This document shows, in pieces, positions 19,866-32,207 of a stretch of DNA of 64,000 nucleotides. The notes beneath the pieces were generated by a model. The model was not told the origin of the DNA. It worked only from the letters and a program-made list of their open reading frames with translations, and ran no database searches. The DNA is from Desulfobacteraceae bacterium (GTDB taxonomy: Bacteria; Desulfobacterota; Desulfobacteria; Desulfobacterales; JALSRD01). The stretch is from the NCBI GenBank assembly GCA_027061725.1, contig JAMOVG010000382.1, positions 15,644 through 79,643 of the forward strand, read 5' to 3'. Positions within the stretch are counted from its first letter, which is position 1; each line of letters begins with the position of its first letter. The position numbers were made by a program, and so were the translations under genes.

Positions 19866-20456
19866 TGGCAATAAAATGGGATCGCTCAGTATCCGCATTG
19901 AATATGGCCCAGTTCCAATTTCCTAGCCTGCCTGCCAAATCTTTTCTCCGGATGCATAAAACATAAAAAATACGGAGAGGTTTTATCCGCTTTCCGTGAA
20001 ACGGCAACGGAGGCCAATCGTCGGAAAACGCCATCGCCGGTTTGGAAAAGGGGGGAGGCCGGCCCGGGAATCCAGGAGGTGGTGCCCGCCTTTTACCAGG
20101 GGCCCATGCCGGCAGTGTGGGGTCGGCAGCGGTCTCCCCGACGCATTGATTCTTCCCTTAAAGCAAAAATACGGCCTCAGACTCTCCACCGTGGTCCCCG
20201 AGGGGAATGATTCCCGCTTTCAGGCCGGAACGCCAAAACGGATTCGTCGGAGAGATACAGTGGTGCTTCGCGCCCATACAGATCACCCGTCGCCGGCGAA
20301 TCCCTGGATGCCCCTCGAGGCCTACAGGATGCAGGAGTCATCTGCCCTGGCCCCACGCTTCTTCGTGCTTGAAAAGATCTCCCCCCTGCGCTAAGCTGTT
20401 CTGGAAAATCAGCCAAACCGGTCCCTGCACCCGTAATTCACAATAGGAGATCAAAG

Positions 20457-20852
20457 ATGTCCGACAAAGAGATCCTCACATCCATCGCTACGCCTGCGGC
20501 ACCAGCCGCTATCGGTCCCTACTCCCAGGCCGTCGTGGCCGGCAACCTTCTTTTCGTATCCGGCCAGATTCCGCTGGAGCCCGAAAGCGGTGAACTGGTG
20601 GGCGGTGACATCGAGGACCAGACCCGCCGCGTGCTCGACAACCTGAGGGCCATCATCCAGGCCGCGGGCGCCGACATGGACCGCGTGGTCAAGACCACCA
20701 TCTTCCTGGCCGACATGAACGACTTTGCGGCCGTCAACGGGGTGTACGCCGAGTACTTCGAGGCTACCCTTCCGGCCCGCGCCACGGTGCAGGTGGCGGG
20801 GCTGCCCAAGGGAGTTCCGGTGGAAATCGAGGCCGTGGTGCTGCTGAAGTAG
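20457..20852 (+). CDS. ridA: RidA/YjgF-family reactive intermediate deaminase
   Basis: 131 aa. [26 protein letters not shown] and [21 protein letters not shown] are hallmark RidA motifs. RBS AGGAGA. Confidence 0.9.
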   Translation: MSDKEILTSIATPAAPAAIGPYSQAVVAGNLLFVSGQIPLEPESGELVGGDIEDQTRRVLDNLRAIIQAAGADMDRVVKTTIFLADMNDFAAVNGVYAEYFEATLPARATVQVAGLPKGVPVEIEAVVLLK

Positions 20853-20905
20853 CCACGGCCGCCGTTGACGATTCTCCTGACACGCACCAACGCAGTGAGG
20901 AAACC

Positions 20906-21940
20906 ATGAAAGCAGCCATCATCGGACTTGCGGGCGCCGGCCGGCAGACCGTCTTCGAGGCCCTCAGCGCCAAGCCCGTGGACCCGGCCCACCGGCACCA
21001 GGACCAGATTTCCGTGGTGACCGTGCCCGACGAGCGCATCGACGTGCTCTCGGACATGTACAAGCCCAAAAAGACCATCTACGCCCGGGTGGAGTACCTG
21101 CTGCCGGCCAAGTCCGAGTACGGCGCGGAGAGCGGACCCGACCAGGGGTTCTGGACCAAGGTGCGCGACGCCGACGCACTGATCCACGTGCTGCGCAACT
21201 TTGAGGGCATGGGCGGGGAGGCGCCGCAGCCCGAGAAGGACTACACGGCCCTGGAGCAGGAGATGATGCTCTCGGACCTCATCGTGGTGGAAAAGCGCCT
21301 GGAGCGCCTGGCCCTGGATGCCAAGCGCGGCAAGAAGCCCAACCCCGAGGAAATGGCCCTGCTGGAACGCTGCCGCGAGCACCTGGAGGCCGAGCAGCCC
21401 CTGCGGGGCATCCCCGAGCTGGCCGAGGCTAAGCTGCTGCGGGGCTATGCTTTCCTGTCGGCCAAACCCATGCTGGCGCTCTTCAACAACGGCGACGATG
21501 ACGAGACCCTGCCGGCGAGGGAGGCGCCCGGCCCCAACGAGGACGCCATGGTCATCCGCGGCAAATTGGAACTGGAGCTATCCCAGATGAGCGACGAGGA
21601 GGCCGCCGAGTTCCTGTCCGAGTTCAACATCTCCACGCCGGCCCGCAACCGGGTCATCCGGCGCTCTTACGATCTGCTGGGGCTGATCTCCTTTTTCACC
21701 GTGGGCGATGACGAGGTGCGCGCCTGGACCATTCGCGGCAACACGCCGGCGCTGGAGGCCGCCGGGGTCATCCACTCGGACATCCAGCAGGGTTTCATCC
21801 GTGCCGAGGTGGTGTCCTACGACGACCTCATGGCGGCCGGCAGCTACGCCGAGGCGCGCAAGCAGGGCACCGTGCGCCTGGAGGGCAAGACCTACACCGT
21901 CCAGGACGGCGACATCATAAACTTCCGCTTCAACGTCTGA
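20906..21940 (+). CDS. YchF-like protein (DUF933/TGS-like C-terminus) with degenerate P-loop
   Basis: 344 aa. The C-terminus (IHSDIQQGFIRAEVVSYDDL...VRLEGKTYTVQDGDIINFRFNV) is YchF-like. The N-terminal loop is GLAGAGRQT where GxxxxGK[ST] is expected. Confidence 0.7.
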   Translation: MKAAIIGLAGAGRQTVFEALSAKPVDPAHRHQDQISVVTVPDERIDVLSDMYKPKKTIYARVEYLLPAKSEYGAESGPDQGFWTKVRDADALIHVLRNFEGMGGEAPQPEKDYTALEQEMMLSDLIVVEKRLERLALDAKRGKKPNPEEMALLERCREHLEAEQPLRGIPELAEAKLLRGYAFLSAKPMLALFNNGDDDETLPAREAPGPNEDAMVIRGKLELELSQMSDEEAAEFLSEFNISTPARNRVIRRSYDLLGLISFFTVGDDEVRAWTIRGNTPALEAAGVIHSDIQQGFIRAEVVSYDDLMAAGSYAEARKQGTVRLEGKTYTVQDGDIINFRFNV

Positions 21941-21941
21941 T

Positions 21942-22745
21942 CTAAATGGGGGACGTCCCCCTGGCCTCCTTGGGCCACCGGCGGCGGGCCTGCCGGGGGT
22001 TTTTGGCGATAACGCCGTCGGCCCCCAGCGCGGCCAGCCGTCCGATGCGGTCGGCGCTGTCGGCGCCGAACGCATAGACCTGGATGCCGGCGCCGTGCAT
22101 GGCCCGGACCAGCGCACCCGTGGTGACGTCGAACCGGGGGTGAAAGGAAAAGACGCCCAGACGCCGGCAGGCTTCCAGCGTCTCTTCGTCGAAGGCGACC
22201 TTAGAGATCAGCGCCAGGGCCGGCGCCCCGGTCATGCGGCCGGCCCGTTTCAGGATGTTCGCGTCAAAACTGGAAATCAGCACCCCCCCGACTATTTCCT
22301 TCTCCGCCACCATGCGAACCACTTCCCGCTCCACCCTGCCCCGGACCGCGGGACCCGACTCGTCGTAAGCCTTGATCTCGATGTTGAGCACCACCCGGCC
22401 GCCGAAACGGTCGAGCACTTCCTGCAGGGTCGGCACACGTTCGGCGGCAAACTGCGGGCCGAACCAGCGGCCGGCGTCCAGTTCGCGGATCTCCTTTAGC
22501 AGCATATCCCCCACCCGCCCCCGACCATCGGTGGTGCGGTCCACGGTCTCGTCGTGGATGACCACCGGCACCCCGTCGCGGGTCAGGTGTACGTCCATCT
22601 CGATCACGTCGGCGCCGGCTTCCACAGCAGCCGCAAAGGAGACTATGGTGTTCTCCGGATACCGCTCCTGGAAGCCGCGGTGCCCTGTAATCACCGGGTA
22701 GCGCTCTCTTAATTCGTCAACGCACACTTTCATTGTCATCTCCAA
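21942..22745 (-). CDS. Glycerophosphodiester phosphodiesterase
   Basis: 267 aa. GHRGFQERYPENT, EMDVHLTRDGVPVVIHDETVDRTT and RVPTLQEVL are GDPD-family motifs. Its stop is 1 nt from the convergent ychF-like stop. Confidence 0.85.
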   Translation of the reverse strand: MEMTMKVCVDELRERYPVITGHRGFQERYPENTIVSFAAAVEAGADVIEMDVHLTRDGVPVVIHDETVDRTTDGRGRVGDMLLKEIRELDAGRWFGPQFAAERVPTLQEVLDRFGGRVVLNIEIKAYDESGPAVRGRVEREVVRMVAEKEIVGGVLISSFDANILKRAGRMTGAPALALISKVAFDEETLEACRRLGVFSFHPRFDVTTGALVRAMHGAGIQVYAFGADSADRIGRLAALGADGVIAKNPRQARRRWPKEARGTSPI

Positions 22746-22833
22746 AGGAAAATGGCATTGTTCGCCACTTAATCAGTCGTTTCTCCACGATGCCGGCCGG
22801 GCCGGGAAAAACCGGATGGCTGCAGTTACTGAA

Positions 22834-23874
22834 TTATTTAAGGACGTCCCCGGCGAAAATTTCTTCTTTGAGCAGGCAGCAGGCGATGCGCCAGGCCGGG
22901 CGGCCGTCGGGGCGGTAGGACAGGTTGCCGGGCTGCACCAGGCGGTTCATAACACAGCCCTCCGGGATGCGCAGGGCGAAGAGGTCCTTTTCGTTGATAG
23001 GCGGCCGCTGGACCAGGCGGCCGTCAGCGATCTCCAGGCTGTGCAACGCGAAGTCCTCGCACAGCGGGCAGCGATAGACGCGGCCGTTGGGAAAGACGAA
23101 GTAGTTGTCGGCCACCTGGCCGGCGCACGCGAAGGCCTCGTCTTCTTTGAGAAACACCCTGGGGTAGCTGACGGTGATGCCCCGCGCGGCGATGTCTGCA
23201 GCCACGGACGGCACGGTCTCCAGCCACTGGTCGCGGGAAACCTGCAGGCTGTCGGACTGCGCATCCCGGGCCGAGGCGCCCCGCAGGCCGATGACCTGGA
23301 TGAAGAAACGCTCCACCCCCAGGTTTTCCAGCAGCGGTGCCATGGCCGCCAGCTCGTGGCGGTTGATGCTGCTGACGGTAAAAATCACGCTGACGCCAAA
23401 ACCCTTCTTCACGGCGCGTCGGATGCCTTCCGTGCAGCGCCGGTAGCACCCCTCCCCCCTTATGGCGTCGTTTACCCCCGCGCTGGCGCCGTCCAGGCTG
23501 AAGCTGAAAAAATCCACTTCCTCGGGCCCCACACGGTCCAGGATGTCGTGGAACAGGTAGCCGTTGGTGTCCACCGTGACGGAGGCGTAGCCCAGGCTTC
23601 TCGCTCGGCGGATGATGCCGGACAAGTCCGGGTGCAGCGTGGGTTCGCCGCCCAGCAGCACCAGATTGGGGGATTTGCCGGGGCCCGCGAAAAGCTGCAG
23701 CCACCGCCCGACGGTGTCTGCGGCCAGGGTCTGGTCGCCGTGCTGCGCGGGGTCGATGTAACAGTGGCGGCAGCGCAGGTTGCAGGCGGTCAGGACGTGG
23801 AAAAAAACATTGGCCTGGTCGCGGGAAAAGGCCACCGTGCGTTTTTCGCCGGCGCCGCGGGTGCCGGCGGCCAT
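22834..23874 (-). CDS. Radical SAM protein of unknown function (possible truncated SPASM/twitch C-terminus)
   Basis: 346 aa. The radical SAM cluster motif is CNLRCRHC. GGEPTL is present. Additional C-terminal Cys (CAGQ...CPLC...C...CC). The start ATG overlaps the purF stop (ATGA-type overlap at 23872-23876). Confidence 0.75.
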   Translation of the reverse strand: MAAGTRGAGEKRTVAFSRDQANVFFHVLTACNLRCRHCYIDPAQHGDQTLAADTVGRWLQLFAGPGKSPNLVLLGGEPTLHPDLSGIIRRARSLGYASVTVDTNGYLFHDILDRVGPEEVDFFSFSLDGASAGVNDAIRGEGCYRRCTEGIRRAVKKGFGVSVIFTVSSINRHELAAMAPLLENLGVERFFIQVIGLRGASARDAQSDSLQVSRDQWLETVPSVAADIAARGITVSYPRVFLKEDEAFACAGQVADNYFVFPNGRVYRCPLCEDFALHSLEIADGRLVQRPPINEKDLFALRIPEGCVMNRLVQPGNLSYRPDGRPAWRIACCLLKEEIFAGDVLK

Positions 23875-25276
23875 CAGCGCTCCAGACAGTTCTTGGTGAG
23901 GTTCTCGTCGAAGGCCACGGGGTAGTCGCCGTCGAAACAGGCCTTGCAGAAGGTGTTCTGGGGATCCGGCAGGCCCGTGGACTCCAGCAGTCCCGGCAGG
24001 CTGAGGTAGTACAGCGAGTCCAGGTTGAGAAAATCGCGCAGTTCGTCAGCCTTCATGCGCGAGGCGATCAGTTCGCCGCGGGTGGAAAAATCAATGCCGT
24101 AGTGGCAGGGAAAGCGGTGCGCCGGGCCGCTGACGCGCAGGTGCACGCGGCGAACGCCCAGCTCGCGCAGGGCCCGCACGCGGGTGCGCACGGTGGTGCC
24201 GCGGATGATGGAGTCCTCGATGATGATGATGTCCTTGCCCTTGAGCAGTTCGCGGATGGGGTTGAGTTTGACGCGCACGCCAAAGTCGCGCATGCTCTGG
24301 GTGGGCTGGATGAAGGTGCGGCCCACGTAATGGTTGCGGATCATGCCCATCTCGAAAGGTATGCCCGAGGCCTCGGAGTAGCCCAGGGCGGCGTAAGTGC
24401 CCGAGTCCGGAAAAGGCATCACCAGGTCGGCGTCCACGGGCGCCTCCTGGGCCAGGCGCCGGCCGTGGGCCTTGCGCGTGAGGTACACGTTGTGGCCGAA
24501 AATGGTGCTGTCGGGTCGCGCAAAGTAAATGAACTCGAAAATGCAGAAGGCCCGCCGCGGCGACGGGTCCACCTTAATGCTGCGCACGCCCTCCTCGCCG
24601 ATGATCACGATCTCGCCGGGCTCCAGTTCGCGGATGAAGCGCGCCTCAACCAGGTCCAGGGCGCAGGTCTCCGAGGCCAGCAGGTAGCTGCCGCTGAGTT
24701 CCCCCAGGCACAGCGGCCGGAAGCCGTGGGGATCCTTGATGCCGATGACCTCACCCTTGTTGGTGAGCATGATCATGGAAAAGGCGCCCTTGAGGCCCGC
24801 CGCCGCCCTTACCAGGGCTCCCTCGAAGCCGTGGGTCAGGTTCTTGACGAACAGGTGCAGAAACACCTCGCTGTCCATGGTGGTCTGAAAAATGGAGCCG
24901 CTCTCCTCCAGCTCGTCCTTGAGCCGCACGGCGTTGACCAGATTGCCGTTGTGGGCCACGGCGTAAGAGCGCTGGCGGTGGTGCACCACGAAGGGTTGGG
25001 CGTTTTCCAGGATCGAACTGCCCGTGGTGGAGTAGCGCACGTGGCCCACGGCGCTGGTGCCCGTGAGCTGTTTGAGCTGCCGGGTGCTGAACACGTCGGG
25101 CACCAGGCCCATGCCCTTGTGGGAGGTGATGCTGCCGTTCTGGGTGACGGCGATGCCGGTGCTCTCCTGGCCGCGGTGCTGCAAGGCGTAGAGCCCGAAA
25201 TAGGTCATGCGGGCCGCCTCCGGGTGGTTGTAGATGCCGAACAGGCCGCAGGATTCCCGGGGTTTGTCGCAGGTGT

Positions 25277-25280
<4 letters not shown>
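23874..25280 (-). CDS. purF: Amidophosphoribosyltransferase
   Basis: 468 aa. A short propeptide precedes the catalytic CGLFGI. The PRPP loop is [14 protein letters not shown]-terminal Cys residues for the Fe-S cluster ([10 protein letters not shown]). Confidence 0.95.
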
Positions 25281-28504
<3,224 letters not shown>

Positions 28505-28511
28505 GGACAGG

Positions 28512-29660
28512 TTACCCCTGGGCGCTTTCCTTCATCAAGCGGGTGAAGTTTTCAAACAGGTAACGGGCGTCGTGGGGCCCCGGGGCCGCCTCGGGGTGGT
28601 ACTGCACGGCGAACAGCGGCAGCCGCCGGTGGCGGAAGCCCTCCAGGGTGTCGTCGTTGAGGTTGACGTGGGTGATCTCCACCTCCCCGTCCTCCAGGCT
28701 GTCGAGGTCCACGGCGAAGCCGTGGTTCTGGGAGGTGATCTCAATGCGCCCGGTCAGCAGGTTCTTGACGGGCTGGTTGGCGCCGCGGTGGCCGAACTTG
28801 AGCTTGTAGGTGCGCCCCCCCAGGGCCAGGGCCAGCAGTTGGATGCCGAGGCAGATGCCGAACATGGGGCGAAAGCCGATCAGTTCGCCGATGGTCTCCA
28901 CGGCATAATCCACCGGTTCGGGATCGCCGGGCCCGTTGGACAGAAAGATGCCGTCAGGCGCCATACGCCGCACGGTTTCGGCCGGGGTGGCGGCCGGCAG
29001 CACGATCACCTCGCAGCCGGCCTGCTCCAGACAGCGCAGGATGTTGTACTTGATGCCAAAGTCGAAGGCCGCCACGGCGTACCGCTCGCCGCGCCGGCGC
29101 CAGCAACCGTCGTCCAGGGCGGCGGGGTCGCCCTCGATGGGTTCGGCCCGGCCGTCGCGCCAGTAGAAAGCGCCGGGTGCGGTCACGGACCGGACCAGGT
29201 CCTGGCCCTCCATGGAGGGCACGTCGGCCAGCTTGCGCAGGTGCGACTCGGGGTCCAGGTCCTCGGTGGACAGCAGGGCCTTCATGGCGCCGGCCTTGCG
29301 AATGTGGCGCGTCAAGGCCCGGGTGTCCAACTGGTCCACGCCCAGCACGCCCTGGCGCCGGAGGTAGTCGCCCAGGCTGCCGGTGGCGCGCCAGTTGCTG
29401 GGCACCTCCTGGTACTCGCGCACCAGAAAAGCCGATACCTGGACGCGGTCGGACTCCACATCTTCGGGGTTGACGCCGTAATTGCCGATCAGCGGGTAGG
29501 TCATGGTGACCATCTGGCCGCGGTAGGAAGGGTCGGTGAGCACTTCCTGGTAGCCGGTCATGCCGGTGTTGAAGACCACTTCGGCGGCGGTCTCCCCGCG
29601 TCCGGTAAAGGACCGGCAGGCAAAGCTGCGTCCGTCTTCCAGGGTCAACAGGGCTCGCAT
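28512..29660 (-). CDS. carA: Carbamoyl-phosphate synthase small (glutaminase) subunit
   Basis: 382 aa. [15 protein letters not shown]; the class I GATase triad context GICLGIQLL and QYHPEA. Confidence 0.95.
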   Translation of the reverse strand: MRALLTLEDGRSFACRSFTGRGETAAEVVFNTGMTGYQEVLTDPSYRGQMVTMTYPLIGNYGVNPEDVESDRVQVSAFLVREYQEVPSNWRATGSLGDYLRRQGVLGVDQLDTRALTRHIRKAGAMKALLSTEDLDPESHLRKLADVPSMEGQDLVRSVTAPGAFYWRDGRAEPIEGDPAALDDGCWRRRGERYAVAAFDFGIKYNILRCLEQAGCEVIVLPAATPAETVRRMAPDGIFLSNGPGDPEPVDYAVETIGELIGFRPMFGICLGIQLLALALGGRTYKLKFGHRGANQPVKNLLTGRIEITSQNHGFAVDLDSLEDGEVEITHVNLNDDTLEGFRHRRLPLFAVQYHPEAAPGPHDARYLFENFTRLMKESAQG

Positions 29661-29780
29661 GGGATCCTTGGCACCTTACGCGCTCAGGCCGGTCGAAAGG
29701 ACAGAAGACCGCCCGATGCGCAACATCGTGAAATCATTTACCGCTAAGGAGGGAAACTGGACTGCTCCCCTCCACCAAAA

Positions 29781-29815
29781 CCACAAAAGACGCGAACCGG
29801 GCGACCTGACGCGTC
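29781..29815 (-). terminator. Candidate intrinsic terminator after the glutamate synthase operon
   Basis: The minus strand reads GACGCG-[15 nt, containing the palindrome CCTGACGCGTCAGG]-CGCGTC followed by TTTTGTGGTTTT. It lies 60-90 nt after the stop at 29874. Confidence 0.45.
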
Positions 29816-29873
29816 AGGGTAGGGGCTGTTCCCGGACCGGCATCCACCGTGCGCCTTTTTTATGACCCTCCCC

Positions 29874-32204
29874 TTACACCAAAGGATCGTTTTCCACAAG
29901 GTTCCATATGCCGCAGGGGCAGGCCCCGGCGCAGAATCCGCAGGCGATGCACTTGTCCGCGTCCACCACGTACTCAAATTCGCCGTCGTCTGGCTCGATG
30001 CGCTCGATGGCGGCCTGGGGGCAGATGGTGGCGCACACGCCGCAGTCGCGGCAGCTGCCGCACGACGAGCACTGCGACCCGCAGTGGTCCAGGTCCTCGA
30101 AGTCCGTCAGCCGCGGGTCGAAGTATTCCAGCTTGACCCGGCGGGTGTCGATGACCTGCTGCAGGTTGGCGCTGGGCCGTTTTCCGTCGAGCATATCGGC
30201 GATGGCCTCGGCCGCGCGGCGGCCGGCGCCGATGGCGTCGGTCAGCAGCCCGGGCCGCACGATGTCGCCGATGGCGAAGATTTTGGGATCCGAGGTCTGG
30301 CCGAATTCGTTGACCGTCACGAAGCCGCGCTCGGCGGCGACGGTCTCGGGCAGGAAGTCCAGGTCCGGCACGTCGCCGATGGAAATCACCACCGTATCGG
30401 CCGGGATCCGCTCGCCGTCGGCCAGCACGACCCCCTCTTCCGTTATCTCACGGGTGAAGCACGGCCAGCGGAAACGGGCGCCGGCGGCCTCGGCCGCCCG
30501 GCGCTCGGCGCCGAAGGAGGCCGGCTCCTGCACGTCGATAAGCAGCAGCGAACGCGCCCCCAGCCGGGCGGCCTCGGTGGCCACATCGCAGCCCACGTTG
30601 CCGGCGCCGATGATCACCACGCGCTCGCCCACGCGGGCGCGGCCGGCCTTGGCGTCGGCCAGGAAATCGCTGGCCGTGATCAGGCGCTCCCTGCCGGGTA
30701 CGTCCAGCATGCGGGGTTTGGACGCGCCGGTGGCGATGACCACGAAATCGTAGTCCTCGCGCAGCTGGGCCAGGTCCGCGCGGCGCAGCTTCTGCTGCAG
30801 GTGAATATGGGGGATCACCTCGCGCACGCGCTGCAGTTCGGCCGAGACCACTTCTTCCGGGATGCGCGAGGAAGGGATGACCGAGGCGATTTTGCCGCCC
30901 AGGGTCCCGGAGAGGTCGTAGACCGTGGCCTCGTGGCCGCGCATGCGCAGCTGCCAGGCCACGGAGAGGCCCGCCGGCCCGCCGCCGATGACGGCCACCT
31001 TGCGGCCGCTGGGTTCGGGCAGGTCGGGCAGCCCGGCCGCCAGGCTGGCCCGGCCCAGCTGGCGCACGTCCACCGGCGCCATGATGGACTGCTGGCGCGT
31101 GCAGGCCTGCATGCAGGGACCGGGGCACAGGTAGCCGCACACCGTGGCCGGAAAAGGCGTGTAGGCCAGCGCCAGGTCCACGGCCTCGTCCACGCGGCCG
31201 TCGCGCACCAGCTGCCAGCGCTGCTGCACCGGTATGCCCGTGGGGCAGGTGGCCTCGCAGGGCGCCAGGTATTTGCGGTTTTCCCAGACGGGCACGTAGC
31301 GCCGCAGATCGCCGCTGACAATCAGGCCGATGGGGCTGCGGTCCAGGTTCGTCAGGTCCCCGATGAGCCCGCCGCGGCCCAGTTCGGCCTCCCAGCTGCG
31401 CACCTTGAAGTCGGCCATGGACATCAGCTGCCGGCCGCGCTTTTCCTGGGCCGTGCGCGCCCGCAGCAGCTGCCACTGATCGCGCCGGCTGAGGTCCTGC
31501 AGCAGGTCCGGGCGGTTGATGGCGGTCAGAAACGCCTCCAGGTTCTCCACCAGCCACGCGAAATCAGCGTCCTCGATGGGAACCAGCCGGGCATCGGCCT
31601 GGCTGAAGCCCTTGATGGGGCCGCGGAAAAACACGCGGCCGCCCACCATGCCCACCAGGGGCCGGTAGCCCAGCACGTTTTCCGGGTCCTGGGCCTCGAC
31701 CCCGCAGACCACGGCCACACCGCCGGCCATAAACTCGCCGAAGTAGTCGCCCACCGAGCCCAGCACCCACAGTTCGGGCGGTGCAAAGCGCGGGTTCTGC
31801 TTGGTCATGGTCATGCCGCGGGCGCCGATGTTGCCGGCCACGTAAATCTTGCCCTGGGCCATGGCGTTTCCCACGCCGTTGGAGGCGTTGCCGTGCACGA
31901 CGATCCTGGCGCCGGCGTTTAGCCAGCCGACGTCGTCCGAAGAGGGGCCCAGCACCTCGATGGTGGTGTTGGCATACCCCATGGCCCCCACACGCTGGCC
32001 GGCGTGGCCGGTGATGCGCACGTGCACGGGGTCGTCGCCGGCGCGCCACAGGCGGCCGCCGATGCCGTGCTGGCCGAAAGCCTCCACTTCCAGCCGCCGA
32101 CAGCCGTCGGCCACGGCACGCTGGATACGCTCCTCCAGCACCCGCGATTCGATGCGCGTGCCGTTTTCCCTTCCCGATATGGTCCGATGCAGGTTATCGC
32201 TCAT
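29874..32204 (-). CDS. Glutamate synthase fusion: GXGXG (GltB C-terminal) domain + GltD-like NAD(P)H oxidoreductase + 2x[4Fe-4S] ferredoxin tail
   Basis: 776 aa. N-terminal GXGXG repeats (GHAGQRVGAMG, VHGNASNGVGNAM, VAGNIGARG). Two Rossmann motifs (VAVIGGGPAGLS, VVIIGAGNVGCD). C-terminal CxxCxxCxxxCP motifs. Confidence 0.85.
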   Translation of the reverse strand: MSDNLHRTISGRENGTRIESRVLEERIQRAVADGCRRLEVEAFGQHGIGGRLWRAGDDPVHVRITGHAGQRVGAMGYANTTIEVLGPSSDDVGWLNAGARIVVHGNASNGVGNAMAQGKIYVAGNIGARGMTMTKQNPRFAPPELWVLGSVGDYFGEFMAGGVAVVCGVEAQDPENVLGYRPLVGMVGGRVFFRGPIKGFSQADARLVPIEDADFAWLVENLEAFLTAINRPDLLQDLSRRDQWQLLRARTAQEKRGRQLMSMADFKVRSWEAELGRGGLIGDLTNLDRSPIGLIVSGDLRRYVPVWENRKYLAPCEATCPTGIPVQQRWQLVRDGRVDEAVDLALAYTPFPATVCGYLCPGPCMQACTRQQSIMAPVDVRQLGRASLAAGLPDLPEPSGRKVAVIGGGPAGLSVAWQLRMRGHEATVYDLSGTLGGKIASVIPSSRIPEEVVSAELQRVREVIPHIHLQQKLRRADLAQLREDYDFVVIATGASKPRMLDVPGRERLITASDFLADAKAGRARVGERVVIIGAGNVGCDVATEAARLGARSLLLIDVQEPASFGAERRAAEAAGARFRWPCFTREITEEGVVLADGERIPADTVVISIGDVPDLDFLPETVAAERGFVTVNEFGQTSDPKIFAIGDIVRPGLLTDAIGAGRRAAEAIADMLDGKRPSANLQQVIDTRRVKLEYFDPRLTDFEDLDHCGSQCSSCGSCRDCGVCATICPQAAIERIEPDDGEFEYVVDADKCIACGFCAGACPCGIWNLVENDPLV

Positions 32205-32207
32205 GTT

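Noticed and set aside
19866-20456. Known structured RNAs in the 590-bp gap: RNase P, tmRNA, SRP/4.5S, tRNA/tRNA-Sec, and cobalamin, TPP, glycine, ZTP, c-di-GMP and fluoride riboswitches
   Set aside because: I searched both strands by eye for the diagnostic strings: GGAAAGUCCGG, the T-loop GTTCGAATC, the GGAA/AGCA SRP loop, the B12 box, CUGAGA...ACCUGAUC, and others. A GGCGATGG...GGCCUCC stretch on the minus strand superficially resembles the fluoride riboswitch. However, it lacks the complementary pseudoknot partner and has no downstream gene. None of these RNAs could be placed.
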